From Tubulanus polymorphus (Eukaryota; Animalia; Nemertea), in NCBI RefSeq assembly GCF_964204645.1, contig NC_134027.1:1892485-1956484 (forward strand): 64,000 nt of DNA, given 5' to 3'. The notes under the pieces were generated by a model. It did no database searches. It was not told where the DNA came from and was given only the letters and a program-made list of their open reading frames with translations. Below, piece after piece: positions 48,965 to 61,794 of this stretch. How positions within the stretch are numbered: the first letter of the stretch is position 1; each line of letters opens with the position of its first letter. The position numbers were made by a program, and so were the translations under genes.

Positions 48965-50077
48965 TTATCGCTTGTGAAGCAATGACTTTAAAATATCAGT
49001 TGCCACTTTTCTGAATTTTCCGTTTGTTACACAATACACGTTAAAATTCACTGACGAATCAATGATAGAAAATCCCAACGCTATTTGTCTCAAACCTTCA
49101 AACGTTTTGCCGATGTATTCTAGATCCTTTAAACGATCGACAAAACCAAAACCTTCACAAATGATAAACAAAAAAACAACTGCTAAAATCATTTTCAAGA
49201 CCCTCATTTCCCTTCTAGACGATTCATCAGTTACACCGAGCTTTGAACGTCGAATAACCCGACGGTAAAATGTCACCGAGATAAGAATTACATTGAGGAC
49301 AATCAAAAAGCAAATTGGGATCATGACAGTGAGATACATGAAAAGATAGCTTCCTGAAATAGTGTAACGCCAATATGACTGATCAAACCAACCCTTCCAG
49401 TATCGATACATATGTGCATTTTCACGCGCTGTTACATATGGCCACTGGGGGTTACATGGCACGAAGATGAGCGCGTGCGTCGGGAGAAACTGGATAAAAT
49501 GTCCGCTGAAACTTAGCAGTGAAATGAATACCATCGCCCATAGTGATATCAACTTCTTTGGAAATCTATGAGATTTTATTGGAAACACTATGACGATTAA
49601 CCGCTCAACACTGAGCAGTACAGTGCACCAGTTACGTGTCATCTGAAATATGTAGAAAAACGGCAAAGATATTGAAATAAAAATCCAACCGTAATTCCAG
49701 TCATTCCAGCGAAACACGATATCTCCCAAAACGGCGTAAATGTACGCAACTCTCAGTGGATATAGAATAAATGTAGTGACCATAAACAAAAGATCGTTTA
49801 AAGCGAGAAATTTGATGAGAAAATAAATATCAGATTTGAATCGTTTTAAAACGATCAACGTGAATGCGTTGAATATGATACCCATTACAGACGCCGGTAG
49901 ATACCAGCCTAGATACATATAAACATTGAATTTATTAATCCATTTCATAGGACGTAATCGAGTTTTCTCACAAGGAGTAAGTCGAGATGTTGTCAACGCA
50001 ACAATTGTACTTGTAATGTTGGTGGAGTCAAACATATCAAAGCTGTAACTAGCTACAATCTCTGCGAAACATTTCAA
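48965..50077 (-). CDS. Intronless class A (rhodopsin-like) GPCR, peptide/chemoreceptor-like
   Basis: 370-aa ORF with 7 hydrophobic segments; GIIFN, LALND, ERL, CE in TM6, DSSVNFNVY, KFR helix 8; real ATG probably ~50037. Confidence 0.85.
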   Translation of the reverse strand: MKCFAEIVASYSFDMFDSTNITSTIVALTTSRLTPCEKTRLRPMKWINKFNVYMYLGWYLPASVMGIIFNAFTLIVLKRFKSDIYFLIKFLALNDLLFMVTTFILYPLRVAYIYAVLGDIVFRWNDWNYGWIFISISLPFFYIFQMTRNWCTVLLSVERLIVIVFPIKSHRFPKKLISLWAMVFISLLSFSGHFIQFLPTHALIFVPCNPQWPYVTARENAHMYRYWKGWFDQSYWRYTISGSYLFMYLTVMIPICFLIVLNVILISVTFYRRVIRRSKLGVTDESSRREMRVLKMILAVVFLFIICEGFGFVDRLKDLEYIGKTFEGLRQIALGFSIIDSSVNFNVYCVTNGKFRKVATDILKSLLHKR

Positions 50078-50283
50078 TCATCCTCTTGTGAGAAACCTGA
50101 ATGCATTTTCATCAGTGAAAGGATGCTAGATTTAATCTAGAACTTCTCTCCATGTTGCGCAAACTGTTTTCAAGCATTTAATGAAATCGTCAATTTTACG
50201 GTACACGGTGTGAAGAATGTATCATAATGTCGCCGACACAACAACAGCTAAACGTCACTGCATGACAAGCGCTGCCGTAATTA

Positions 50284-50465
50284 CTTCGTGAAAACTATAT
50301 TTTCAAAGTTTGTTTTAACGATTTTTGACTCGTGAGCAAATATAAACTTTGACATAACAATTTTTACTTCAATTTTAAGTTGGTTTCAAATATTACAAAG
50401 AAACTACCTGTCGTATTCGTAAAGTCTGACACAAGATTCTATTTCTATGTGCATGATGTGTGTGG
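50284..50465 (+). repeat. Non-coding ~180-bp segment repeated directly at ~52963-53160
   Basis: CTTCGTGAAAACTAT...CAAAGTTTGTTT...GATTTTTGACT...ACACAAGATT...TTTCTATGTG shared. Confidence 0.75.
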
Positions 50466-51864
50466 GAGCCCCTGTAGCCACGAACATGTTGAGGTCAACT
50501 TCAACATGTTCTAGATATGTTTTCCTTGAATATCTATGATGATGTCATTTGTTTACTTCATATTCAAATTTGATTTTAGACTTGTTTTACTCATAACACT
50601 TGCAGTCAATTACGTCTACCACGTGGGTAATCCGACGCATTATCACGGAATATACGGGTATCCTAAACTGTGACAAAAGCTACTGGTTGAATACTCTTGC
50701 ATGGCAGGAATTAGTTCAACATGCCAGAGTTTCAATAAGTTAAAACATGCAGTTTCACAGACCGGTTGATATCTTCCCTTAAGTGTCTATTTCATAAAGT
50801 AATCCATAGATTTTTGTTTCTTAAAATTCAATTCGACAGAAAAATTTCATATTTCGAAATGGAGCTATGACCACAAGTTACATTTCACTGACATTTTATA
50901 CATAAGAATTCTATTTACAAGTAATTACCAAATCTCAGCCCTGAGCAGTTGAATCGGTTCAAATAAGAAATCTACAGTTTCTGACTGGGTTTAAATATCT
51001 TGTTACCTGGACCACATTTCACAAAGTGAATAATCTTTGTTTTGCTTTGTGAAAGCCCGTGCGGCATGAAAGGGCAATATTATGTCAGTAACAGAATAAT
51101 AGTCATGCCACATGTCATAAAAGTGCATAATCTTGAAGTTAGAAAAGTCTTTGACGAGGAATGGTATAAACCAAAAGAAAATTTCATTATCACTTTCAAT
51201 TAGTATTGTGTGCGAATTTCATCAAAATCGAACACAAAATCTGTATATCGAAAATATTTCTGAAGAAATTATCATCAAAAAACCTTCAAAACCAGTAAAA
51301 TGTAATTGAGAAAAATGCGTGAACTGAATTCGTCAACTGGGATACGTTAGATGAGATGTTTGAGCCGGATGTGTCAATCCTGGCTGATACTGGTTGGATG
51401 GATCTAAGAGCGATCATTTCAACTGAATGATTGCTCTTTTGGATGCAGACACTGAAAATGTCAAGCGCTTTACCGGTGCCTCGAACAGAATACTGCGTTG
51501 CACCACTGTTATTATGAAGTTTTAGCATATCGCTTTTTCAACCATTGGGAAGACGTTGCAGTCGTCTCAGCAGTTCTAGTGATTACACCCCTAAGGGAAT
51601 AACACTGTAGTAATTGTTTTTCATCAGTATTTCATCGGAAATTTCATTTGAATCGTTGCAAACTTGAATTTGTAAATTAGAATAAATCAAGAGCAAATGA
51701 TCGAAAATTGGCAAATCAATGCTTTAATAACACAACGAAGGAATGTATATACATCTCATTCTTTGTGAATTACTTCTGAACGCTAGATTCTGATCGTATG
51801 TGATTGTGGTATTGTACATGAAATTCACATTTTCTGAAGTCGATGTCGCGCGATCGAGGAAAGT

Positions 51865-52836
51865 ATGAACTATTCGCGATGCCCAATTGACGAACTAGAA
51901 GTATTCAAGCACTACGTGGTAGTTTACGGTATTGGTACAATCTGTGTTTTGGGTATTTGTTTGAATATCTTCGGAATTTTTGTATTTCGAAAAATGACTG
52001 AAAGCGGTCAGGCGATTTATCTCCTCACAATGTTGTCAATAGCCGACACAGTTTATCTTATAAACATATTTCTCGATAGTCCAGTTCGTCGACTCATTTT
52101 CCAAGCAATCTACGGAGATGCCGTAATACGTCTCCGAGATTACGGCGTATTTCCGATGTGGAACTGGCTCCGCATGGCCGGCTACAAGTCGACGGTGACC
52201 ATTCGTAATTGGGTGGTTGTTTTGTCGGCGGTTGTTCGATGTTTACACGTATTATTCCCGTTCTGGTCTCGGCGTCATGTTGACAGAAAATGTGCTAATC
52301 TAAGTATAGCGATAATTGTGACCGTATCGGCGGGGATTTATATTCCTCGTTATTTCGGTGGTCGTATTATCCCGTTTAAATGTTTAGAAACATCGTCGTC
52401 GAGTCCGACTTATCTTAAATTTGAGAAGGGTAAATCAATGGACCTGAGCTCGACGTGGATTTATTTGATAGTAACAGTTAACGCGCCGTTAATAATTCTC
52501 ATGCTGGCAAACACGATTTTGCTGTGGTCCATCAGTCGTTCCATGAAAAATAGAAAATTCATGACATCGTCGTCGAATACGGAAACGAATGCTAACGCGA
52601 AAGCTACTCAACTTGTGATCATAGCTACAGTTATTTACATAGTCTGCGAATCACCGACGATCATTTCGAGAATATTCAAATATTTCATTAACTACGAAAC
52701 GACACCGACGATGTGGAAATCGTTTGTCCTTTTAAACAATTTGACTCCAATCGACTCAGCGATTAATTTCATCATTAATGTAATGGCAAGTAGAAGCTTT
52801 AGAGAAACTGCGTATACGATGCTGTTTGCCAAGTGA
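51865..52836 (+). CDS. Intronless class A GPCR, paralog of the 48965-50077 gene
   Basis: 323-aa ORF; GICLN, LSIAD, RNW before TM3 end, CESP, DSAINFIIN, SFR. Confidence 0.85.
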   Translation: MNYSRCPIDELEVFKHYVVVYGIGTICVLGICLNIFGIFVFRKMTESGQAIYLLTMLSIADTVYLINIFLDSPVRRLIFQAIYGDAVIRLRDYGVFPMWNWLRMAGYKSTVTIRNWVVVLSAVVRCLHVLFPFWSRRHVDRKCANLSIAIIVTVSAGIYIPRYFGGRIIPFKCLETSSSSPTYLKFEKGKSMDLSSTWIYLIVTVNAPLIILMLANTILLWSISRSMKNRKFMTSSSNTETNANAKATQLVIIATVIYIVCESPTIISRIFKYFINYETTPTMWKSFVLLNNLTPIDSAINFIINVMASRSFRETAYTMLFAK

Positions 52837-53922
52837 TCGAATGCTGAATGTGGGTTTTTGTTTCGGTTGATGTTGAGATTGATTCTACAGAATATCCATG
52901 CGACTCCTGGCACCTGGGCATCATCCGGTCCTTCACATCGTGCAAAGTCTCAAAAAGTTAAGCTTCGTGAAAACTATTCCAAAGTTTGTTTCAATGATTT
53001 TTGACTGGTGACAAAAAATAAACTTTTAGATTTCAATTTCAATTTGCAGTTGGTTTTGAATATTATTGAAAAAAAAATTTGTCGTCTAGTCTACACAAGA
53101 TTTTATTTCTATGTGTGCTTGGAGTACGTACTCCAAGATGTGTGCGATGTGTGTTGGAGGGTGTCAGCCACGGGGCTTTAAGAGATCAACGGACCGCGGC
53201 GTCAGGGTAGTTCTTGCAACGATCATTTCCACTCTTTCCACCGTACACGGGATACTTTTGAACCCGGGATACTTTTACACCCGAGTTCGAACCCAGGACA
53301 GTCGATTTCACCTTCTTGCAGGATAAACAAGCGAGCGATTCATATCTGCGTTGCATTGATATTCTTCATACCAATCTCCTCATTGTTAAACGACTACTGA
53401 ACAAAAAATTCTTTACTTCAGAAAAATAACAACTTTTAATGCATCTTAACAAATTAAATACAGCAGTTCACACAATATCGTATCACATCTGCAGTCAATC
53501 CAGAATCATGCACCTGAATATCATTCATCGTAACAGTTTTACTTTCATTTTGCCAGTGGCAGTTGTTGAACATTTATATATTGTGCATTCTAAATATATC
53601 TGAATATTCAGCATTATCAAATAGTAGTTAACATATCGGGGTCAGTTGCTCACTGGATAAATCAACCACTGGATAAGTTATAGTTATAATGGTTAATTAA
53701 TTATCAATATGTCACCAATCTATTGGTTGAATTCAACCGACTTTTGAGCAACTGACTTCGATGTATAGAAACATTACTGGGATTTCATTTTAAGATACAA
53801 ACTGACTCATTTAATTTACTTTAACAAATGGTTTTAAATAATCTAAGTTTAGTAAAGCAGATGATTACCAATGGCACAAGTTATGAGTATGAATACAGAT
53901 CTACAAAATCATTAGTTTTATG

Positions 53923-56900
53923 TCAACTATGACCTCGCCAGTTACAGGGTATAACTATTTCCCCATCCTGCATTATCGAATAAAACTGCGAGATCTTTAA
54001 CTTTTTGCCTTTTAAAGAAACGCCTATTTCTTCAGGGTTATTTATGAGCCTTTTGCAACATTTGATAACGTTAACCGAGGATAAAGATTGATCGCGCCGT
54101 AAACTCAGTAACTCAAGTTTGTCTTTACACTTTTGTAATATATCATTTTCTTTCGCGAGGTAATATCTGTAATCTCGCATCATTGTAAACGCTTCTTCTT
54201 TCTTTTGTTGTATGAAATTTTTCACAAGAAATCCGGGACAAGAAAACGGAATCAGAATTTGACCGCTCCTCGAAACGGTTAAAGGCCCAGCAGCGCTGTA
54301 AATAGAAAATGATATACAAATAATAATTGAAGAGTAACACAGTTATATCTGTAAGTAAATAGTTGAGACTATTTCCAGTCTTACCTCTCAACGACTAGTT
54401 GAACATGTCTAACAGCGCCCTCTATATGTCCGGTAGTGTCTGATTCTAGCGTGTGTATAAGACGTGTTAATTGTTTCGAGTACTCATCGACCATCACGAT
54501 GTTCTCACGTCTACCGATCTGAATTCCGTTCAATAACACTGAAACTCTACGTTCCATTTCAGGTAACTGTCGTAGAGTATTCATATGTTTCGGTAACGAT
54601 ATCAGTAGCTGAAAAAAGAAGTTCAAACCATCAATTACTCGAGCCAAGCCTCATATTTCAACAACAGTGCAAAAAGCCAAGGCCATGTTGCACTGTCAAA
54701 AGAAGTCTTATATCTTAAGACTGGTCTGACTTTGTTTGATTGGCTATAGAACTAAGATTGTCTTAGACCAGTCTTATAATCTAAGCCATGGCCATGCAGC
54801 TGACCCGTGATCTTACATTGATCCAATTCTGTGGCACATCATCGCTACTCAAGTTTATTTTACCGTTGAAGCAAACTCCAGTAGCGTTACAGAATGATAG
54901 TACATGACCTGAAAATCAGAAAAATGCTGTAAAAAACTGCAGTAAACCTCCCTTAGTGAACACCTCTTTACAGTGAACACCATTTGCCAAGTCAAAACAT
55001 TTTCCTATCTAAAATACTTAAGTGCCTCCCTATAGTGAACACCTCTCTGTAGTGAACATTTTCTGGGACAAAATATGAATTTAGTAAATTACAAAATTAA
55101 GCTGCTTGGCTTTAGTTGTAGTTGTGGTTTGCATCATGACCTGAGCCTCCCTACAGTATATTCCTCCAGTGCTTGGTCCCCACAGTATAGAGAGGTTTTA
55201 CTGTATAAATTCACGTATATTTCTCGGTATTTCATGATTTCTAAATGACATTAGATATTCCAGTACCTCTCAGAGCAGAAATGAATCTTTCATTTTTATG
55301 TTGCTGATATAAACGATCGAAACTTTTAAGACAACTGTTGAACTGTTGTGGTCCCCAGTTACAGTTCCACTCAACATCAGTGACTCGTAGGGATTCAATC
55401 ATATCATCAGTTATACTCGTATTTTCCTTGAGAACGGGATGATTAGCCGTGGAGAGTTGATCGGCAACGTCTAAATTCAGTCGCAACCAAGAACTGGAAT
55501 TAAAACGCAATTCTAACAAGTTTAAAATATTGGTTTCCACAGTGTTGAAATACAGTCAGACTCTATTGTCCTCACAATTTGCATACTTCGAATTCAATTT
55601 ACCAAGTTTAAATTGTCCTTTTTTGGATAAGTCATCAATATAGTAATTATCACAACTACAAAAACTATGAGTTTGAACCCCACTGCTATGAGCCATTGTT
55701 ACAACCGTTTTTGGTTATGAATCATATATTTTGAAAAAAGCTTGTAGCTATTGAGTTGAAGCGTTGAAATTACAACTATTTCCTGATTTTGAGTTATTCC
55801 GGTACGTACCTCAGCGTAGGTGTCACGTTCTTCCTAAAATTACCCATATTTGGATTCGTTTTGCCGAAAAAATCATGAAACGAAGGATGCCATCGAATAT
55901 TGTGCTCATCTGTTGGTGATGACTTCGGTTTGATACTTTCCACATATTCTAGCGGTAATTCACAGGCTTTCAGAATATCGCGGACTAGAGTTCGAGCATC
56001 TAATGATAACAGATTCACATTCACTTCTTTCAGTTTCCTATCGTTGTTGTCTACAAGAAATACATACAATAAATACAGTTATTGTAAAATGTATTTGGTT
56101 ATTTCAACAAAAAAAGAAAAATTCAAACACATTTTTTCTAGGCATTAAAAGTTAACAATACTGAGTTTCTTACTTAATCTGATGTAGAATTTTAAGCTGA
56201 CTGGTTTAGCGTTGTTAGATGGTACCCACAATGTCTGTATATATGAATTCAAAATCTTCAAAGATTCTTCGTTGGTTGTCTGCGAATAAATAAATGATTT
56301 CATAAATTCATTTGTTCATTCATAAAATCTAACCCCTGAAAGGTTTTGGACGTATGTTTATGTCCAATACCGCCATTCTCTCAAGGTTTCAAACATATTG
56401 ATACGTTCTCGCTGTTATTTCATTTGTTTAACATCTGATAGATAAAGTCTTCATTCAAAATAACCACGGAAACCGCGCGTAAGGCGTTAACTGTGAAAAA
56501 CATGAATTGTGCGGAAATAATTGAATCCATGGGAAAATGTAAACCAGAAACGATTGAAACCTTTCCACGGGGTTAAATCAAAATTACTGTCATCGCGATT
56601 AGAAACCTTTTCTTCAGGATAATTTCCGAACAAATCAGGATGAACCGCGAAATAAAACGGCCTCAATGCGGTCGATGTTTCTTGTTGCGTCAGGAATCTT
56701 TTTATCAAATCTCCAACTGGATTCACTGCATTCATTCTACAATTTCAAAAAAAACCTCATTCATTGCTAATAATATTTACTGTAAACGATTTGAATACAG
56801 ACTAACTATAAATGAGCAGATCTCTACAAATTACAACTTTTCATCGAGTTTTCGCATTATTTCTAAGCAGATTCTAAAACAGACTTCACAAATACCTTAA

Positions 56901-57038
56901 TCTTAAACTGCGTAAAGTATGCATATTCTCAAACTACGCTAAAATCGTGCAAAAATCCACTTTTTCTGAGAAAGTTCGATTCATAAATCAATGCACAAAC
57001 AGTAAAACACGGAATTGGCGTAAAGACGTCAATACCAT
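53923..57038 (-). CDS. TCAIM: T-cell activation inhibitor, mitochondrial homolog; exons ~57038-57001, 56736-56607, 56280-56173, 56050-55809, 55494-55267, 54906-54817, 54608-54384, 54295-53923
   Basis: TALRPFYFAVHPDLFG...NEESLKIL; GHVLS; C-terminal FYSIMQDGEIVIPCNW; exon 1 (MVLTSLRQFRVLL) inferred from frame and splice sites. Confidence 0.88.
54940..55203. mobile_element. Tc1/mariner-type MITE in a TCAIM intron
   Basis: CAGTAAACCTC ... GAGGTTTTACTG termini, TA on the right, internal AGTGAACACC repeats. Confidence 0.6.
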
Positions 57039-57100
57039 GTTTTAGTCCTTACCAAGATTTCATTACATCCGCTGCGAAAGAGTTTTACTATAGAGAAAAA

Positions 57101-58381
57101 ATGGCCGAGAAACGTCATCTGCAAGAAGGAGAAGATCATTTAAAAGCCGTCGAAAAATGGTAAATACCGAGTGTTAAATATAGAAATATTGATATATAGT
57201 TAAAGAGCAGAGACTCTGGGGCCTGTTTCATAGTCATGGCTTAGACTTAAAAGAGTTAAGACCAAGCCAATCAATCTAACGACATCACAATATACTACTT
57301 CCTTCCTACTAACTAATATTAGTCTTTTTTGAGTTGACTGTGCAACTGGCCACAGGCCTGGGCTTGTAAACTGGCTTGGATTATATTTCGAGAATGGCGC
57401 TAAATATCTTCTGCAATTAAATTCACTACATCTGTCGAGTTGTCGCGTTGAATGTGAACTTGGTAAATGAAAGAATTGAGTTGTAATCTCTTATTGTTAT
57501 TTTCTCCATTCGCAGCCTTAAAACCTCTTTGATGAAGTGGAAACCGGATTACGACGGTGCTGCATCTGAATACGCTAAAGCAGGTAGGTTTATTACGCCT
57601 AATCAATGTCTATTTCAACCTGACTTGAGAGCATTCCTGGTGGCCTAGCTCACTCAGTTTTGGTAGTACATACCTGATAAAAGTCTTATTAGGACCAGAA
57701 TGCATTGGCAGCTGACCTAAAATATCGTTTTTTAATCCACTTTAAACTGTATAGAAGGATATCCAAAAAGTCTACATTGAGAGGGGTTCCTGAGAGAAAA
57801 GAGACTCCATGATTTGAAAGTTTAACGATATGTCTCCATGCCTACCAACTGAAGTTTTGTACGTAAGCATGGAAACATATTGTTAAACTTTCAAATCATG
57901 GAAGCACTTCTCTTCATTTAACCCCTTTCAGTGAAGACTTTTTGGATATCCTTCAATACAGTTTCAAATGGATTTAAAAATGATGATTTAGGTCGACTGC
58001 CTGTCCTTTCTGGTCCTACTAAGACCTTTATCAGGTATGTACTACTAAAAATGAGCGAGCTAGGCCACCTGGAATGCTCTCAAGTCAGGTTGAAATCGAC
58101 ATTAGTCCTAGATCGAAAACGTATTTACAGATTTTTGTCAACTGAAATTTATACAAAATCATAATAAGTTTACAAGCAAAATTGATTCAAACTATGATTT
58201 GATTAAGGATTGATTTATCAACTAACACGACGTCACTTTTTTGCAGCCATTAGTTTCAAGAATGCTAAAGCTCTGGAGCGTTGTCGCGATGCTTATATCA
58301 AGGCTGCTGATATGCAGTTAAAGTTGGGAGGGTATCCTTTTATAAAATACTATTTTACTACTAATACTAATACTATTATAC

Positions 58382-58413
<32 letters not shown>

Positions 58414-60683
58414 GTATTATTTAATACTATTATACTATTTTAGAAAATACTTGACAATCAATTCGTATAAATGTGTTTATCTTAACTTGTCGGCAGAAAT
58501 TTCCACGCAGCGAAGTAAGTATTGAGCCTGGAAAATTTTCTTCACCGTTACATGTTGATTAGAAATTAATGAATATTGATTAATTGCCAGGTCTCTAGAA
58601 GCAGCAGGACTCGTTAGTCGAGATATGAAAGATTATCAAAGCGTTGCTAATTTGATGGGGCGAGCAGGACAGCTGTTTAGAGAAAACGGTACTACGGATA
58701 CTGCGGCTTTAACCTGGGAAAAGGCGGCCAAGTGAGTGTTCGATAATATATATATATATATTAACCATCTTCATTATCCTAAACGTTGCGATACGTATCT
58801 ATGTAATGATTATAAAAACTTGATTTTAGGATATTGGAATTACCGATGCCTGAAGCGTCTTTAGATTTGTATCGACATGCTTGTGAATGCGCGGAGGTAA
58901 ATGATACTACGATATTGATTGAATCTGTATCACTGCCTGCGTACCTATATTATTTATTATTTACAGGTTGAAGATCGACCGAGACAAGCAGCTGATTCAG
59001 TTGGAAGGAGTGTTCGTTTATTGATTCGCTTACAAAGGTATAGTATTAGCCATTGAAATACTCCAATCTATAGAAAATATGATTCAAGCCAAGTCCTACA
59101 TTGAAAGTAAATTGGTACCTCGACATCTCGGCTGTTTTCGAGCCATCATTTCTTTTGATGTAATGATGATATTATAGTAGTCAGTTCTATGATGATATAT
59201 AGTGAAATGGTTATTAAAATGATAAACTGGGCCAAGTTGCGCAGTCATGGCTAAGACTTTCAGTAGAAGTCTATCTTACGGTAATTCTATATCCAATCAA
59301 ACTTTTTGAATACCAATCAGGAGCCGGTTGCATAGTGATGGCGTAAACTTAAGACCAGTCTAAGACCAACTTAGTTCTATAGCCAATCTAACAACTTCAG
59401 ACCGGTCTTAAGATTTAAGACCATTTTCTGACTTAATTCACGACTGTGCAACTGGTCCCTGGGGATTTAGGTCACGACTGTACAACTTGGTCCAGGATCT
59501 TAATATTTGATTATCATACATAGAATTTATCATTGCCTATGAGATAATGTTGTTGTTAATTCTCTTCGACTCTTGTTTTCCAGATATGATGAAGCAGCGG
59601 ATATGATAAAGAAAGAAATTGATCTCCACGCGTTATCGGAAAACTTTCCTACAGTCGTTAAATTAGTGACCGGAGCTGTGCTTATTCATCTATCCAGAAC
59701 TGATTACGTTGCGGCTAATAAAATGTATAAGGCTGCTCTCGGGTAAATGGAGGATTTAGGCCAAAAAAAATTGATACCTTGTTTCTCCGCTCTGCTGAGC
59801 TTAAATGTTGACCCGGCCGGCCGCCTATCTACCCTATACATTACTTTTTTTGAAATCGTGATCAATTTCACCATAACAGACCCGGCCGCTATGGAAATGA
59901 ACTGTTTATGAATTTTATCATATTTTACAAAAATGACCCGGCCGCTGCGGAGAAACAAGGTATCATTTTTGTTTAGCCTTATTTTTACAAGTCTTGATTT
60001 TTTCTGTGTTTTGCCTTCATTAAAATCAGATGAATATTGTATTTACGAAGGTATCCTGAATTCATTGGTTCCGATGACGCGCGTGCTTTAGAAGCTTTAT
60101 TAGATGCTTATGATTCGGGAGATGGTGCTGTAATGAATGAGACGTTATCTTTACCAGTATTCAAATACATGGAGAATGATGTAAGTACAATTCGTTTAGA
60201 ACGATGACCACACTCAAACGTGGTGAACGGATAATAAGATAAAATCCCACTATTTACAGATTAAAAGAATTTAAAAAACCAGAATTTATTTATTAAATCT
60301 AAAGTAAAAAAACGTCGTGTCTTTTAAATATTTTAGATTTAATAAATAAATTCTGGTTTTTAAATTCTTTTAATCTGTAAATAGTGGGATTTTATCTTAC
60401 AATTCGTTTCATCAATTCCTCATCAGTGGCGGAAGAAACCGTCTCCAATGTGGATATCTGCTAATCGGGGAATTTTTGGTCAAGGGTCAGGAAATGAACT
60501 CTGGCTCTATAACGCAAATTCTGAAATGTTTGAGTTTTTCTACACGATTTATTTTTTCAGTTTGCTAAATTAGCGCGTGCGTTAAAAGCACCTGGAGCCA
60601 GTATAAAATCTGATCGTCGCAGTGATAAAGAACTAGGAGCAGATGAGGAAGATGATGATGAGTATTCCGGTGGATTGTGTTGA
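57101..60683 (+). CDS. NAPG: Gamma-soluble NSF attachment protein (gamma-SNAP), ~10 exons
   Basis: MAEKRHLQEGEDHLKAVEKCLKTSLMKWKPDYDGAASEYAKA...NFHAAK...ENGTTDTAA...FKYMENDFAKLAR...EDDDEYSGGLC*. Confidence 0.95.
57605..58103. mobile_element. ~500-bp foldback / long-TIR element in NAPG intron 2
   Basis: The two halves are reverse complements over most of their length (TTTCAACCTGACTTGAGAGCATTCC... / ...GGAATGCTCTCAAGTCAGGTTGAAA). Confidence 0.85.
58332..58496 (+). other. U12-type (minor spliceosome) GT-AG intron in NAPG
   Basis: 5' site GTATCCTTTT; branch-like TATCTTAAC ~10 nt before the CAG; frame continuity GG|A AAT TTC CAC. Confidence 0.85.
59759..59978. mobile_element. Tourist/PIF-Harbinger MITE (inverted sister of 47952-48172) in a NAPG intron
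   Basis: TIRs with TTA target duplication (59756-59758 / 59979-59981). Confidence 0.9.
60235..60399. repeat. AT-rich palindrome with ~70-bp near-perfect arms in the last NAPG intron
   Basis: TAAGATAAAATCCCACTATTTACAGATTAAAAG... / ...CTTTTAATCTGTAAATAGTGGGATTTTATCTTA. Confidence 0.85.
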
Positions 60684-61794
60684 ACGGTTAAAGGAATCGG
60701 AATGAATGAATACCAAACCCATAATTCACTCTCTTATTTGAAAGAAGGGACCAATTTATTGATCGAATGAAACATTCTTCAGTCAGATGAAGAGTGGACA
60801 GTGTGACAGTGTTGGTATAAATCCGGGTAGGACGTGTGTTATTCTAGTCAGGTTACTACTGACCACCACTTCCCTAATTTAATAAATGTTAACAAATTCA
60901 GGAGGGATAGGTTTTATCTATTGAAAAAGTAATGGAAAATGATATTATGTAAATCGGAATGATTATTCGTGTGGCCTTGTGCATCGTGATATCCTTCATG
61001 TCACTTGATTTATTACATGTGCCTCGTAGTCAGTGATGCATTAGTGATAGAAGTTTACTGGTAGGTAGCTAGAAGTCTTCACAAAACACTCATATATATA
61101 CATAATATAGTTAACTGTGTAAACGATGATATTATATTGTTATTGATATGCAGTGAGGAACGTTGTACTACTGTAGTGCAGATAGGTTGAAATATGCAGC
61201 TCTTGTGGCTTTTTGGTTTGTGAATTTGTGTACTAAAAAGTTAAGATAAACGATACCTTTTCAAACCATCATATTTCCATTTACTTCTGTCAGTGTTATT
61301 CCTATTTTCAGCTGACATTTCCATGCATGGTAGACCTTCTTGTTTTTTGTACGAACACTTGGAAAAATGTTATTGTAGTGAATTTTTGTATATCATCTAT
61401 TAAGCTTGCAATGACAATACATTGTTGATAAGATTATTGTTCAATAAAGATGTTTTATTTGATGTCAAGTTTCTTACAGTTTTTGTTATAATTTTGAGCC
61501 CTGGTGTATTGAACTATCCATGTCTGTCCATCACTGTTCAAATCATGATCTTCAAAAGAATGGTTTGGTGTTAAGGACTAGGATTGAAAATTGAAATGCA
61601 TTTTATTCGTATCGATTAGATTGCTAAGCATGTTTTTGGGAACTACTTGTAATAAACCTTAATTGAATTTGAATTTGGTTCATCTGGGCTACCGTATAAT
61701 ATGCATCTGAAGTATGTGAATTAGTACCAGGAAGTGTTTATTGGTGTTGGTTTCATTTTGATTTGAACGATTAAACTTGTAATAATGTAGTAAA

